A stretch of 64,000 bases of DNA, taken from a virus (Duplodnaviria; Heunggongvirae; Uroviricota; Caudoviricetes). The stretch is from positions 100,147 to 164,146 of IMG/VR virus record IMGVR_UViG_3300042870_001427; one strand, given 5' to 3'. The position numbers and the translations under genes were made by a program. Positions 55,873-63,973 of the stretch are shown here, piece after piece (position 1 is the stretch's first letter; each line of letters begins with the position of its first letter). The notes below the pieces were generated by a model, which was not told the DNA's origin, ran no database searches, and saw only the letters and a list, made by a program, of their open reading frames with translations.

Positions 55873-56030
55873 TGGATAAATCTGTAGTAGCTGTGTGCAT
55901 CAGCATCACCCTCTTCATTACCGTCATGTTTGGAACTATTGTATACAATAACTCCCAGTTGCATGAATGCCGTAAGATTGGCATGGAACGTTCCATGTCT
56001 GCCATCGATATCCAGGCTATCTGTAGGTGA
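55869..56030 (+). CDS. Small membrane-anchored peptide (53 aa).
   Basis: ATGATGG overlap with the previous stop; a TM segment VAVCISITLFITVMFGTIVY is present. Confidence 0.3.
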   Translation: MMDKSVVAVCISITLFITVMFGTIVYNNSQLHECRKIGMERSMSAIDIQAICR

Positions 56031-56038
56031 AAGAAAGG

Positions 56039-56056
56039 GTAACTAGAAATAGTTAC
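56039..56056 (+). promoter_or_regulatory. Palindrome GTAACTA-N4-TAGTTAC followed by a T-run, then a promoter.
   Basis: GTAACTAgaaaTAGTTACTTTTT. Confidence 0.45.
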
Positions 56057-56066
56057 TTTTTAGGAG

Positions 56067-56095
56067 TTGCTTTAATTACGAAAACGGACTATAAT
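56067..56095 (+). promoter_or_regulatory. Early promoter (TTGCTT-N17-TATAAT).
   Basis: agTTGCTTtaattacgaaaacggacTATAATaacg. Confidence 0.5.
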
Positions 56096-56123
56096 AACGT
56101 ATGTTCAGTAAGAAAGGTAGTAT

Positions 56124-56480
56124 ATGAAACTCGTCATCGAAACCCAGTATATGGAGAACTACGGTGCCCATGATTGGGATGGTGAAAGCTTTGGCCCTTG
56201 TCCCCAGTACTGGAAGATGAAGGGTGGGTACTCCTACGTGGCCGAGAATATTGAGCATTCCATTAAAGGTGGGGAGTTCTTTGAGAAGAGATGTCAGATG
56301 ATCGTCGATAGTGTTCGTGATAAGATAGAACATGATACCTTCTATTCGCGTGAGTATATCATCGGATGGTCGGTGCAACCGGATGACTGGATGTCCGAGT
56401 TTGAGAAGTCCCAGTTAGAGTACGAAGGCTCTATTACCCATAAAGAACCACGCATTGATCTAGAAGGCAACCGTCTATGA
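56124..56480 (+). CDS. Hypothetical protein (118 aa).
   Basis: AAAGGTAG ribosome-binding site upstream. Confidence 0.45.
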   Translation: MKLVIETQYMENYGAHDWDGESFGPCPQYWKMKGGYSYVAENIEHSIKGGEFFEKRCQMIVDSVRDKIEHDTFYSREYIIGWSVQPDDWMSEFEKSQLEYEGSITHKEPRIDLEGNRL

Positions 56481-56653
56481 AAATCATCTATGTGGTCAAC
56501 ATTAACGTGGCAGAAGACTCCCTGGGTCTTACTTGGGAACCCGTGAGAGCCTATACAACACGGTTGGCGGCTGCAAAGCACATAGAATGGTGCTGGCAGG
56601 AATACGGTCATGAGCTTGAATACTGCATTGAGGAATTGGAATTGTATGAATGA
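56477..56653 (+). CDS. Small hypothetical protein (58 aa).
   Basis: Coupled at CTATGA; its end overlaps array member A1 (TATGAATGA). Confidence 0.3.
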   Translation: MKIIYVVNINVAEDSLGLTWEPVRAYTTRLAAAKHIEWCWQEYGHELEYCIEELELYE

Positions 56654-56846
56654 CCGAATTAAAGAACTTGCTGAACAATGTCGTGGTAATCCAATGACTT
56701 CTGAGTTTGAACCTTTGTTTGATAAAGCAAAGTTCGCCGAGTTGATTGTAAGAGAATGTGCCGAAATTGCATTGACGGAAGCACAATCAAATGGTAATTT
56801 TGACACATTCAATAAAATTGTAAAACATTTCGGAATTAAAGCATAA
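56646..56846 (+). CDS. Paralogue array member A1 (MNDRIKELAEQ…KFAELIVREC…KHFGIKA).
   Basis: Family signature with N-terminal MNERIKEL, central KFAELIV-EC and C-terminal HFGV. Confidence 0.55.
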   Translation: MNDRIKELAEQCRGNPMTSEFEPLFDKAKFAELIVRECAEIALTEAQSNGNFDTFNKIVKHFGIKA

Positions 56847-56856
56847 GGAGTTAGAA

Positions 56857-57219
56857 ATGAGTTTGTATAATATGGTGTTTGGTGAGAATGGTTCACAAAA
56901 AGAATTCTTGTTTAGTTTGCTAGACAAAGGTCAACAAGATTTTGGTCGTTATCGTGACATTTATGTTACTGATACTCACATTGTTGTCCATACCCGTAAT
57001 GGTGGCGGCAACCGTGAAGACTATCAGGATGTATTTGATGAGATGTTTCATCACCCATTGTATGATTATGATGAGGATGATGATTTTGATTGCACCTATG
57101 CCAATATTTACTTTAAACACCCAGAGGGTTATTCTGAGGTTTTGAAAGAGATGGCAGAAGGTACTATCACGCCTAGTGAGAAGTGGCAGATGCTATTTGC
57201 CGCATTGGAGAAGAAATGA
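56857..57219 (+). CDS. Cargo gene: acidic hypothetical protein (120 aa).
   Basis: AAGGAG ribosome-binding site upstream. Its stop overlaps the ATG of A2. Confidence 0.45.
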   Translation: MSLYNMVFGENGSQKEFLFSLLDKGQQDFGRYRDIYVTDTHIVVHTRNGGGNREDYQDVFDEMFHHPLYDYDEDDDFDCTYANIYFKHPEGYSEVLKEMAEGTITPSEKWQMLFAALEKK

Positions 57220-57473
57220 ACGAACGATTTAAACAACTTGCTAAACAATGCTATGAAACTGGACCGCTGGGTAAAGATGGGTGGCCAGAATATACAAAAT
57301 TTAATGAAGTGAAGTTCGCCGAGTTGATTGTTCAAGAATGTGCTAAAATTGCTAGGGCCACTCCTTGTCCTTATGAAGAAGATGAAGTAAGACAACGACT
57401 TGGCCATACCTGGGATATGGCTTGTATTGAATCTGGGCGTGAAATTGTAAAGCATTTCGGAGTTGGAAAATGA
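57216..57473 (+). CDS. Array member A2 (MNERFKQLAKQC…KFAELIVQEC…KHFGVGK).
   Basis: Family signature. Confidence 0.55.
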   Translation: MNERFKQLAKQCYETGPLGKDGWPEYTKFNEVKFAELIVQECAKIARATPCPYEEDEVRQRLGHTWDMACIESGREIVKHFGVGK

Positions 57474-57730
57474 AGTGTGATAAATGCGGAGTTTCCGATA
57501 ACGGCACCGGTGACTGGGCTCATGTGTGCGGACCGGTGAAGGTTAAGGAATACGATGTTGTCATAGATGTGTTACAAAAGCATCGTGAGAAACTGTGGAT
57601 GATGACAAACCTGAACATGAATGCCGATTCGTTCAATATGATGGATCAGATTCGCCTAGAACAAATTGACCAGTTGGATAAAGCAATCATAATGTGGTTG
57701 AACAGCATTTCGGAGTTGAAGAATGAATGA
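57470..57730 (+). CDS. Cargo gene: Cys-rich zinc-ribbon-like protein (86 aa). Its 3' end reads the family junction sequence in a different frame.
   Basis: CDKCGVSDNGTGDWAHVCGP. Its terminal nucleotides CATTTCGGAGTTGAAGAATGAATGA translate as NSISELKNE. Confidence 0.45.
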   Translation: MKCDKCGVSDNGTGDWAHVCGPVKVKEYDVVIDVLQKHREKLWMMTNLNMNADSFNMMDQIRLEQIDQLDKAIIMWLNSISELKNE

Positions 57731-57929
57731 TCGAATCAAAGAACTTTTTGAACAGGTCAAGGCAGAATCTAACCAATGGCTTGGTAGTAAACCTGGTATT
57801 GCCATAACTTATGATGAACTTGGAAAACTCGCCGAGTTGATTGTCAAGGAGTGTATTGACAGAGCCGAACGATATGGTCTTGGATCTGATGCTGTTGAAC
57901 AAATGAAGGAAGATTTCGGAGTTGAATGA
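57723..57929 (+). CDS. Array member A3 (MNDRIKELFEQ…LAELIVKEC…EDFGVE).
   Basis: Family signature. Confidence 0.55.
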   Translation: MNDRIKELFEQVKAESNQWLGSKPGIAITYDELGKLAELIVKECIDRAERYGLGSDAVEQMKEDFGVE

Positions 57930-58114
57930 TGAACACAGAAGATGACTACTATGATGGTGATATGAGTGATGCAGAATATCGCCAGAGAATTAAGCGAGAG
58001 GAAGAATCTGAACGATATTATGCCCATCAGCGAGAGTTATACAAACAAAAACAATCATCTAATAAGGTCTACTATTCACCTTCTGAGAATGAAGATAGTG
58101 GGAGTATGTGGTGA
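57926..58114 (+). CDS. Cargo gene: acidic/Tyr-rich small protein (62 aa).
   Basis: ATGATGA coupling. Confidence 0.35.
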   Translation: MMNTEDDYYDGDMSDAEYRQRIKREEESERYYAHQRELYKQKQSSNKVYYSPSENEDSGSMW

Positions 58115-58371
58115 ACGAACGAATTAAAGAACTTGCTGAACAGGCTACATCAATTGTAGAAATGGTAGGACCCGAAGGTTATACCAGCAGTTATGCCAAC
58201 TTTGATAGGGAAAAGTTCGCCGAGTTGATTGTGAAGGAATGTTTAGCACATGGTAAGTTGACTCAATCACAGGCAGTGGTGAACGGATCAGAAGAATATA
58301 ATGCTGGCAGAGAGATGGGCATTGAAGTTTTTATGAATCAGATTAAACTACATTTTGGAGTTGAAGAATGA
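58108..58371 (+). CDS. Array member A4 (VNERIKELAEQ…KFAELIVKEC…LHFGVEE); GTG start.
   Basis: Family signature. Confidence 0.5.
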   Translation: MVNERIKELAEQATSIVEMVGPEGYTSSYANFDREKFAELIVKECLAHGKLTQSQAVVNGSEEYNAGREMGIEVFMNQIKLHFGVEE

Positions 58372-58574
58372 ACGAACGAATTGAAAAACTTGCTGAACAA
58401 TGCTATCATCGGTACAGTGTGCACTACATTGATTTAGAAAAGTTCGCCGAGTTGATTGTGAAAGAATGTGCCAAGTCTTTGTGGACCGAAGAATGCCATA
58501 ACAGTGACCTGGCATTAGAAGAATTTGAAAGAAACAGTGCTAAGATTAAAGAACATTTCGGAGTTGATGAATGA
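58368..58574 (+). CDS. Array member A5 (MNERIEKLAEQC…KFAELIVKEC…EHFGVDE).
   Basis: Family signature. Confidence 0.55.
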   Translation: MNERIEKLAEQCYHRYSVHYIDLEKFAELIVKECAKSLWTEECHNSDLALEEFERNSAKIKEHFGVDE

Positions 58575-58759
58575 ACGAACAAGATAAACTATGGATTGAT
58601 AATGCATCCTATGAGGATCTGCTACGTAAATGGCGGTACGCTCCTTTGGGGGACCATATGCTCCAGGGCGAAACTGGTGAGTATTTTAGTAAGGTCATGT
58701 TTGCAAAGAAGAAGAATTGTGACCATGTTCAGGCATCAAAGAATGTAGGTTGGGAATGA
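58571..58759 (+). CDS. Cargo gene sharing only the junction codons (MNEQ… …VGWE).
   Basis: Its body is unrelated, flanked by GAATGAACGAAC and GGGAATGAACAAACGA junctions. Confidence 0.4.
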   Translation: MNEQDKLWIDNASYEDLLRKWRYAPLGDHMLQGETGEYFSKVMFAKKKNCDHVQASKNVGWE

Positions 58760-58965
58760 ACAAACGACTAGAACAACTTGCTGAACTAGCTACTGATATA
58801 GTAGAAACGGTAAACCCACAAGGCTATACCAGCAGCTATGCAAAATTTGACCGTGAAATGTTTGCCCTGTTGATTATTCGGGAATGTGCTGACTTCTTGA
58901 AAGATACAATGGATGATCATTTTGCAGCAGAGCAGTTATTGGAACTTTTCGGAGTTGATGAATGA
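58756..58965 (+). CDS. Array member A6 (MNKRLEQLAELA…MFALLIIREC…ELFGVDE).
   Basis: Family signature. Confidence 0.5.
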   Translation: MNKRLEQLAELATDIVETVNPQGYTSSYAKFDREMFALLIIRECADFLKDTMDDHFAAEQLLELFGVDE

Positions 58966-59138
58966 ATAAAATGATTTTAGCTTTTGCTGTTGTATTTTTG
59001 CTATTCTTTTACGGTATCAAAGCCGTTAGAGAATTGACCGGAAAAGAAATGTTAGGTTTGGTAAAGCTCTTGACTTACAGTGCAGGTTGTGCTATAATTA
59101 CCATTGTTAGTTTAGTCTCCCTTGTGATACTTTTTTAA
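58962..59138 (+). CDS. Cargo gene: small 2-TM membrane peptide (58 aa) with an embedded promoter.
   Basis: MNKMILAFAVVFLLFFYG… The motif TTGACT-N18-TATAAT at 59070-59099 lies inside the ORF. Confidence 0.35.
   Translation: MNKMILAFAVVFLLFFYGIKAVRELTGKEMLGLVKLLTYSAGCAIITIVSLVSLVILF
59070..59099 (+). promoter_or_regulatory. Sigma70-like promoter upstream of the SPFH lipoprotein gene.
   Basis: cTTGACTtacagtgcaggttgtgcTATAATtacc. Confidence 0.45.
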
Positions 59139-59144
59139 GGATGT

Positions 59145-59942
59145 ATGATGAAAAAATTTGCTCTTACTGGTTTGGTTGTTGCTTCAATTCTCGCCTCGGG
59201 TTGTACCCGTATCGAAACGGGTGAAGTAGGTGTCCGTGTTGGCTTTGACAAACAGGTCCAGCAAGGTGAACTTTTGCCAGGTTCCTTCAATCAGGTACTG
59301 ATCGGTGATGTTCTTACATTCCCTATCAAGGACGTTAATGTCAAACTAGATGACATGACCCCGGTGGCTAAAGATAACAGCACCATGAAAGACTTTGATG
59401 CCGTGGTCATCTATAACATTAATCAGGCCCAGGTTGCCGAACTATACAGCCAAAAGAGCCAGGCATTCCATGCCCGCCATAACGGCGACATCTACTTGAT
59501 GTATAACTACATGGTTCAAACCACCCGTAATGCCATCTACAAAGAAGCCCGTAAGTACGAGGCGCTAGACATGGCCGATAGTCGTCAAGCTATGGAACAG
59601 GCCATCAAAGAACAAATTCAAAAGAGTTTGGCCGACGAAAAGCTTGACGGTAGTCTAATGGTTGGTCAAGTGTTGATTCGTAACATTGTGCCTGCAGACT
59701 CTGTGGTTGCTAGTGCAAACGAATTGGTTCGTGCCAAGAATGAATTGAAACAAAAAGAAGTTGAAGTAAAGACTGCTAAGATGGAGGCTGAACGTATGCA
59801 GGCTTTGAGCAACCAAGGTGCCCAGAGCATTGCTTACATGCAGGCCCAGGCTATGATGAATATCTCAGAAGGTATCAAGAACGGTCGTGTGCAAACGATT
59901 GTTGTGCCTGCAAACTTCAATGCGCTGATGCTGCAAAAATGA
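59145..59942 (+). CDS. SPFH/band-7 (stomatin-prohibitin-HflK/C-like) lipoprotein.
   Basis: Signal peptide with lipobox LASGC. The SPFH core GEVGVRVGF… is followed by an Ala/Glu-rich coiled-coil tail. AAGGA ribosome-binding site upstream. Confidence 0.6.
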   Translation: MMKKFALTGLVVASILASGCTRIETGEVGVRVGFDKQVQQGELLPGSFNQVLIGDVLTFPIKDVNVKLDDMTPVAKDNSTMKDFDAVVIYNINQAQVAELYSQKSQAFHARHNGDIYLMYNYMVQTTRNAIYKEARKYEALDMADSRQAMEQAIKEQIQKSLADEKLDGSLMVGQVLIRNIVPADSVVASANELVRAKNELKQKEVEVKTAKMEAERMQALSNQGAQSIAYMQAQAMMNISEGIKNGRVQTIVVPANFNALMLQK

Positions 59943-60166
59943 ACGAACGAATTAAAGAACTTTGGTCGCAGGCTGGAGGTCACTATGATAGCGGCAATCA
60001 GCACACTTGGCCACAATATACAATTGACGATCCAGAAAGGTTCGCCGAGTTGATTGTTCGAGAATGTTTAGACATTGTAAATAGGAAAGAGTATAGTTAT
60101 CATGAGACCGACCCACTTTGGGAAACAGCACAATTGATTAAAGAACATTTCGGAGTTGAAGAATGA
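59939..60166 (+). CDS. Array member A7 (MNERIKELWSQ…RFAELIVREC…EHFGVEE).
   Basis: Family signature. Confidence 0.55.
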   Translation: MNERIKELWSQAGGHYDSGNQHTWPQYTIDDPERFAELIVRECLDIVNRKEYSYHETDPLWETAQLIKEHFGVEE

Positions 60167-60333
60167 ACATACTGATTAGGATTCTACATACTATACCGTT
60201 TGTACATTTCTATGATAAATGGTCTGATACCGGAACTTGTTCTGGTTATGATGGTGAAGAACGCCAGCAAAGATTCTGTATTATCTGCAATAAGAAACAA
60301 TACCGTACCATAACCAATAGTCCCATAATCTGA
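60163..60333 (+). CDS. Cargo gene: small Cys-containing protein (56 aa).
   Basis: Flanked by junction sequences; below the track cut-off. Confidence 0.3.
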   Translation: MNILIRILHTIPFVHFYDKWSDTGTCSGYDGEERQQRFCIICNKKQYRTITNSPII

Positions 60334-60336
60334 CAA

Positions 60337-60594
60337 ATGAACGAACGAATTAAACAACTTGCTATCGAAGCCAGGCTACTAACTGGGTGGCCAGTAGGTG
60401 AAGTCGAGTATCAAAAGTTCGCCGAGTTGATTGTGCAGGAATGTATTGGCATTTTAGAGGCAGAGATTGAATTAGAAAAAGGATATAAATCTACTGCCTG
60501 TAATGACTTTGATGTCCGCTGGCATCAAGGTAAGATCGAACACTTTGCCAAACTGGTAGAAAAGAGTAAGAAACATTTCGGAGTTGAAGAATGA
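60337..60594 (+). CDS. Array member A8 (MNERIKQLAIEA…KFAELIVQEC…KHFGVEE).
   Basis: Family signature. Confidence 0.55.
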   Translation: MNERIKQLAIEARLLTGWPVGEVEYQKFAELIVQECIGILEAEIELEKGYKSTACNDFDVRWHQGKIEHFAKLVEKSKKHFGVEE

Positions 60595-60779
60595 ACGAAC
60601 GAATTCAGGAACTTTGGGAACAAGCTGTTCGGGGTGATGGACCCCATGCATCAGTGATTGCAGATTTCGCTGAGTTGATTGTTCAGGAATGTATTGACAT
60701 TGCCCGCGATGAAGAAGGCCATTCGCCTTTCGAGGGTCCTGTAGAAACTAAGATTAAACAACATTTCGGAGTTAAATGA
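60591..60779 (+). CDS. Array member A9 (MNERIQELWEQ…FAELIVQEC…QHFGVK).
   Basis: Family signature. Confidence 0.55.
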   Translation: MNERIQELWEQAVRGDGPHASVIADFAELIVQECIDIARDEEGHSPFEGPVETKIKQHFGVK

Positions 60780-60979
60780 TGATTAAAGTTGGAGCCACAA
60801 CCTTTGTACTGCTGATTGCCCTAGCCCTTCTTGCCCCCTTTGCATACCTGTGGGCTTTGAATACTCTGTTCCCAGTACTAGAACTTGAGTACAGCTTTGT
60901 TAACTATATCGCCATCTGTCTGGTACATGCATTCCTACGTGCTGATATAGGTATAAGAAAAAATGAACGAACAGATTAA
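60776..60979 (+). CDS. Cargo gene: 2-TM membrane protein (67 aa).
   Basis: TM segments TTFVLLIALALLAPFAYLWAL and YIAICLVHAFL are present. Confidence 0.4.
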   Translation: MMIKVGATTFVLLIALALLAPFAYLWALNTLFPVLELEYSFVNYIAICLVHAFLRADIGIRKNERTD

Positions 60980-61184
60980 ACTATTCGCCGAACAAGCCGG
61001 CTTTATGATGTGGGAAGATGAACCGTGGAATCCCGGGGACGTAGTTGACTGGAGTGCACGCTATGATACTGAACTGGAAAAGTTTGCTAACATGATTATA
61101 TTCGAATGTTTCAAGCTGGCAGTATTCAATGGTAATCACGTAACAGCAAAAGCAATCAAAGAACATTTTGGAGTTGGAGAATGA
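60963..61184 (+). CDS. Array member A10 (MNEQIKLFAEQ…KFANMIIFEC…EHFGVGE).
   Basis: Family signature (diverged). Confidence 0.5.
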   Translation: MNEQIKLFAEQAGFMMWEDEPWNPGDVVDWSARYDTELEKFANMIIFECFKLAVFNGNHVTAKAIKEHFGVGE

Positions 61185-61549
61185 AAGTAGTGATCAACGG
61201 TGACTTCGGGGGCTTTAGCCTTTCGGATGAGGCATTTGAAAAGTTTTTACATCGTAAGGGCATTGCCTGGGAGAAGAGTATCAACAAATATGATATGATG
61301 GATTACTACCATGCCCGCCACCTCGATAGTGATGAACATTATTTGGCCCAGCATGAAGTTTTGCATAACCGGGCCGATCCCGATCTGGTGGCAGTGGTGG
61401 AGGAGATGGGCCATAAAGCCAATGGTCAGTATGCCAATCTGGTGATTGTGGAGATACCTGACGACGTTCAATGGCACCTGGCCGAATACGATGGCGTTGA
61501 ACATATTGCCGAAAACCACAGAACCTGGGGGCCAGGATATGAGCCTTGA
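61181..61549 (+). CDS. Hypothetical protein (122 aa).
   Basis: Coupled to A10 (GAATGAAAG). Confidence 0.45.
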   Translation: MKVVINGDFGGFSLSDEAFEKFLHRKGIAWEKSINKYDMMDYYHARHLDSDEHYLAQHEVLHNRADPDLVAVVEEMGHKANGQYANLVIVEIPDDVQWHLAEYDGVEHIAENHRTWGPGYEP

Positions 61550-61880
61550 TGTTGATTTAATGGTGACCCAGCCTACCTCTGTATACAGTGGTAACATTAC
61601 CCATAACCTTGGTTTTATGGCTAAGGAAGTCGTTCTCAGAAACGGTCTGACTTTATACCAGGTTCTTTGGCGTCCGGATGAGTGTAATTTGCTGTTTGCA
61701 AGAAATATCTCCAAATTGTTGGATGAGGGGTGGAATATTCTTTTATCTGATCCAGAACGTTTTCAGAAATTTGATCCTCCCAATGGATGGGGCTCATATG
61801 AAGGACTATGTGACTTTGTTTATAAGTACAGGAATGCGTGTTGGGATAATCCTGATGCTGAACTTAGAATATCTAGATAG
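61539..61880 (+). CDS. Hypothetical protein (~113 aa).
   Basis: Starts at the internal Met of track ORF 61446..61880 (ATGAGCCTTGA), overlapping the previous stop. Confidence 0.4.
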   Translation: MSLDVDLMVTQPTSVYSGNITHNLGFMAKEVVLRNGLTLYQVLWRPDECNLLFARNISKLLDEGWNILLSDPERFQKFDPPNGWGSYEGLCDFVYKYRNACWDNPDAELRISR

Positions 61881-61886
61881 AGAAAA

Positions 61887-62105
61887 ATGTACCAACTAGT
61901 CCTACTCACATTCCTAGTCACTAACGGCAAGTTAGAAATTCAACAAAACAAAATTGATATCTTCTATACGGCATCTGAATGTGAGAGGTTTAAAGTAGTG
62001 CTTGAAAAAAATACCCTGATAAGCTACAATCAAATACTACCAATGCCGCCATTGTATTTGAATGTAGGAGGGAGATATGAAAAGGAACTGGAAAGATTCT
62101 GCTGA
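61887..62105 (+). CDS. Hypothetical small protein (72 aa).
   Basis: ORF. Confidence 0.35.
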   Translation: MYQLVLLTFLVTNGKLEIQQNKIDIFYTASECERFKVVLEKNTLISYNQILPMPPLYLNVGGRYEKELERFC

Positions 62106-62307
62106 TGATTGCCATTACTATTATAATGAAGAAGATGGTAGGATCATTGGTCAAGTAAACAAGATAGCGTTTACTAAAGTGTTTATTGCAAAAATTATTA
62201 GAAATCATAATGATGAGGCGTTTCTTGGGCAATTCATATCTTGTGCGTTTGCCCAATCCGCAGTTCAACTTTTTTGGGATGCCCAAGATAGGACGTTTAT
62301 AGAATGA
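62077..62307 (+). CDS. Hypothetical small protein (76 aa).
   Basis: GGAGGGAG ribosome-binding site upstream. Confidence 0.4.
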   Translation: MKRNWKDSADDCHYYYNEEDGRIIGQVNKIAFTKVFIAKIIRNHNDEAFLGQFISCAFAQSAVQLFWDAQDRTFIE

Positions 62308-62726
62308 GAGCAGAACTAGATAGGGAGCTTTGTGAAAAGTATCCTAAGATGATGGTCAACCGTCATAAAGATATGAAGGAGACCACCATGTGCTGGGGCT
62401 TTGAAGTTGGTGATGGATGGTATAACATCATTAGAAATCTTATGAGCCAGATCCAACATCATATTGATTGGAAAAACCGAGACAGTGAAGTTGTTCAGCA
62501 AGTCACACTTGACCAGGTCAAAGAAAAATTTGGTACCCTTCGTTTCTATTATACCGGGGGCGATGACCGTATTCGTGGCATGGTGACTATGGCAGAGGCT
62601 ATGTCCGCCGTTACCTGTGAGGTGTGCGGGAATGCAGGTAAGTTCCGAGGCCGGAACTGGTATTATACCTCTTGTGAGGAACATGCCAGGGAAGAAGATA
62701 AACTCCCAGTGGAAAATATGTCTTGA
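62304..62726 (+). CDS. Hypothetical Cys-containing protein (140 aa).
   Basis: Coupled ORF containing CEVCGN…CEEH. Confidence 0.45.
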   Translation: MRAELDRELCEKYPKMMVNRHKDMKETTMCWGFEVGDGWYNIIRNLMSQIQHHIDWKNRDSEVVQQVTLDQVKEKFGTLRFYYTGGDDRIRGMVTMAEAMSAVTCEVCGNAGKFRGRNWYYTSCEEHAREEDKLPVENMS

Positions 62727-62751
62727 CTTAATTTCCGTAATATACTATAAT
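62723..62751 (+). promoter_or_regulatory. Early promoter cassette.
   Basis: cTTGACTtaatttccgtaatatacTATAATtgtc. Confidence 0.55.
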
Positions 62752-62776
62752 TGTCTTATATCAACTAGGAGTTATT

Positions 62777-63196
62777 ATGACAATGCCAGCCGGTAAGTAT
62801 TATGTGGGTGATTTGTGCTATGTGATGCATGAATGTTGGGATGAGGTATGTGGCCTGTTCTTCAAAGGTCGTACCGACCATGGTTGTAACGAAGGTGAGT
62901 TCGTACTCAAGGACGGCCGCCGGTTTGTATCCATTAATACGAAATACGGTGACGGTAGTTATCACGATCAATATGGTAACGAGTACGGTGTTGATGCCGG
63001 TCTCATTGGCTGTATCCTTATCAACGACATTAACTTCAACTCCGATGGTAACGGTACCGAAGGTGGTAATGTAGTTAACTTTGAGCACCCGTTCGATTGC
63101 GGTGGTGGCCGAAATAAAGGTCGTGACTGGGATGGTAATATCCATATAGGTCATCTGGTTATTGAAACCGACCCTGTCTGCGAGTACGACGAATGA
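62777..63196 (+). CDS. Hypothetical Gly/Asp/Cys-rich protein (139 aa).
   Basis: TAGGAG ribosome-binding site upstream. Confidence 0.45.
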   Translation: MTMPAGKYYVGDLCYVMHECWDEVCGLFFKGRTDHGCNEGEFVLKDGRRFVSINTKYGDGSYHDQYGNEYGVDAGLIGCILINDINFNSDGNGTEGGNVVNFEHPFDCGGGRNKGRDWDGNIHIGHLVIETDPVCEYDE

Positions 63197-63513
63197 GAAA
63201 AAGACAGATAGCAAGATTGATACAAGCCAAAGAAATGGGCAATAGCATGAACAACAGTCAAACAGAAATTTTAAATATCCTGCAGGAAGAGTGTGCCGAA
63301 GTCATTCAGGCCGTTTCTAAGATTCGCCGGTTTGGTGAAGAGACTAACCGCTTTGGTTTCATTCAGGAACTAGCCGACCTACAATGCATGATTAACTTGT
63401 GTTACGAATTTGGTATTGTAGGTGAGGAGGATGCATTGGATAAACTCATTGACGCCAAACGAGACAAGTTGAAGATATACAGCAATATTTTTGAAGAGGA
63501 AGAACAATCATGA
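63193..63513 (+). CDS. MazG-like nucleotide pyrophosphohydrolase-fold protein (small).
   Basis: LQEECAEVIQA carries the EExxE motif of the MazG/HisE all-alpha NTP-PPase fold. Size is 106 aa. Confidence 0.4.
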   Translation: MRKRQIARLIQAKEMGNSMNNSQTEILNILQEECAEVIQAVSKIRRFGEETNRFGFIQELADLQCMINLCYEFGIVGEEDALDKLIDAKRDKLKIYSNIFEEEEQS

Positions 63514-63704
63514 TGCCCAGCCTTATCGATGTAAAGACAGTCAACAATACCCGTTACACTCTTTGGCAAAAGAGTGATTACAATTACGAGATTGATATCT
63601 CTAAACAAGGCGTTCGTACTACTATCGAATTCAATGAAAAGCCTTTTGAGTATGCCAAGGGCGTTTTTGATACCCTGGGGTCAGAAGTGGACGTGTACGC
63701 ATGA
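63510..63704 (+). CDS. Hypothetical small protein (64 aa).
   Basis: Coupled ORF. Confidence 0.35.
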   Translation: MMPSLIDVKTVNNTRYTLWQKSDYNYEIDISKQGVRTTIEFNEKPFEYAKGVFDTLGSEVDVYA

Positions 63705-63886
63705 GGTACTGGACATATTGCTTTTCTGATGGTGAGAATGCAGTAGATGGGGTAGAGACTCTATCAGAAAAAGAAATTCTAGATAGTTACTTTCCCCACT
63801 GGTTGTCACTCATGGCCAAGGCAGGAAAAGATCTTCCCCCTAATGCCGAACAAGTATGCATTGACGATTGGGTGGTTGTTCACTAG
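63701..63886 (+). CDS. Hypothetical small protein (61 aa).
   Basis: Coupled ORF. Confidence 0.35.
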   Translation: MRYWTYCFSDGENAVDGVETLSEKEILDSYFPHWLSLMAKAGKDLPPNAEQVCIDDWVVVH

Positions 63887-63926
63887 GCAATAGAATCTGA
63901 TGCCAATGGTGTTATGCTGGATAAAC

Positions 63927-63973
63927 GTAACTAGTAATAGTTACTTGACTTATTTACGGATATAGACTATAAT
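63927..63973 (+). promoter_or_regulatory. Palindrome GTAACTAgtaaTAGTTAC abutting an early promoter TTGACT-N17-TATAAT.
   Basis: GTAACTAgtaaTAGTTAC-TTGACTtatttacggatatagacTATAAT. Confidence 0.55.

Noticed and set aside
56600-61200. A CRISPR array was considered because of the regularly spaced ~45-bp conserved junction repeats.
   Set aside because: The repeats are coding (they span a stop/start overlap), the intervening segments are 180-800 bp ORFs with ribosome-binding-site logic, and there is no leader or cas context. A paralogous gene-cassette array is the better explanation.
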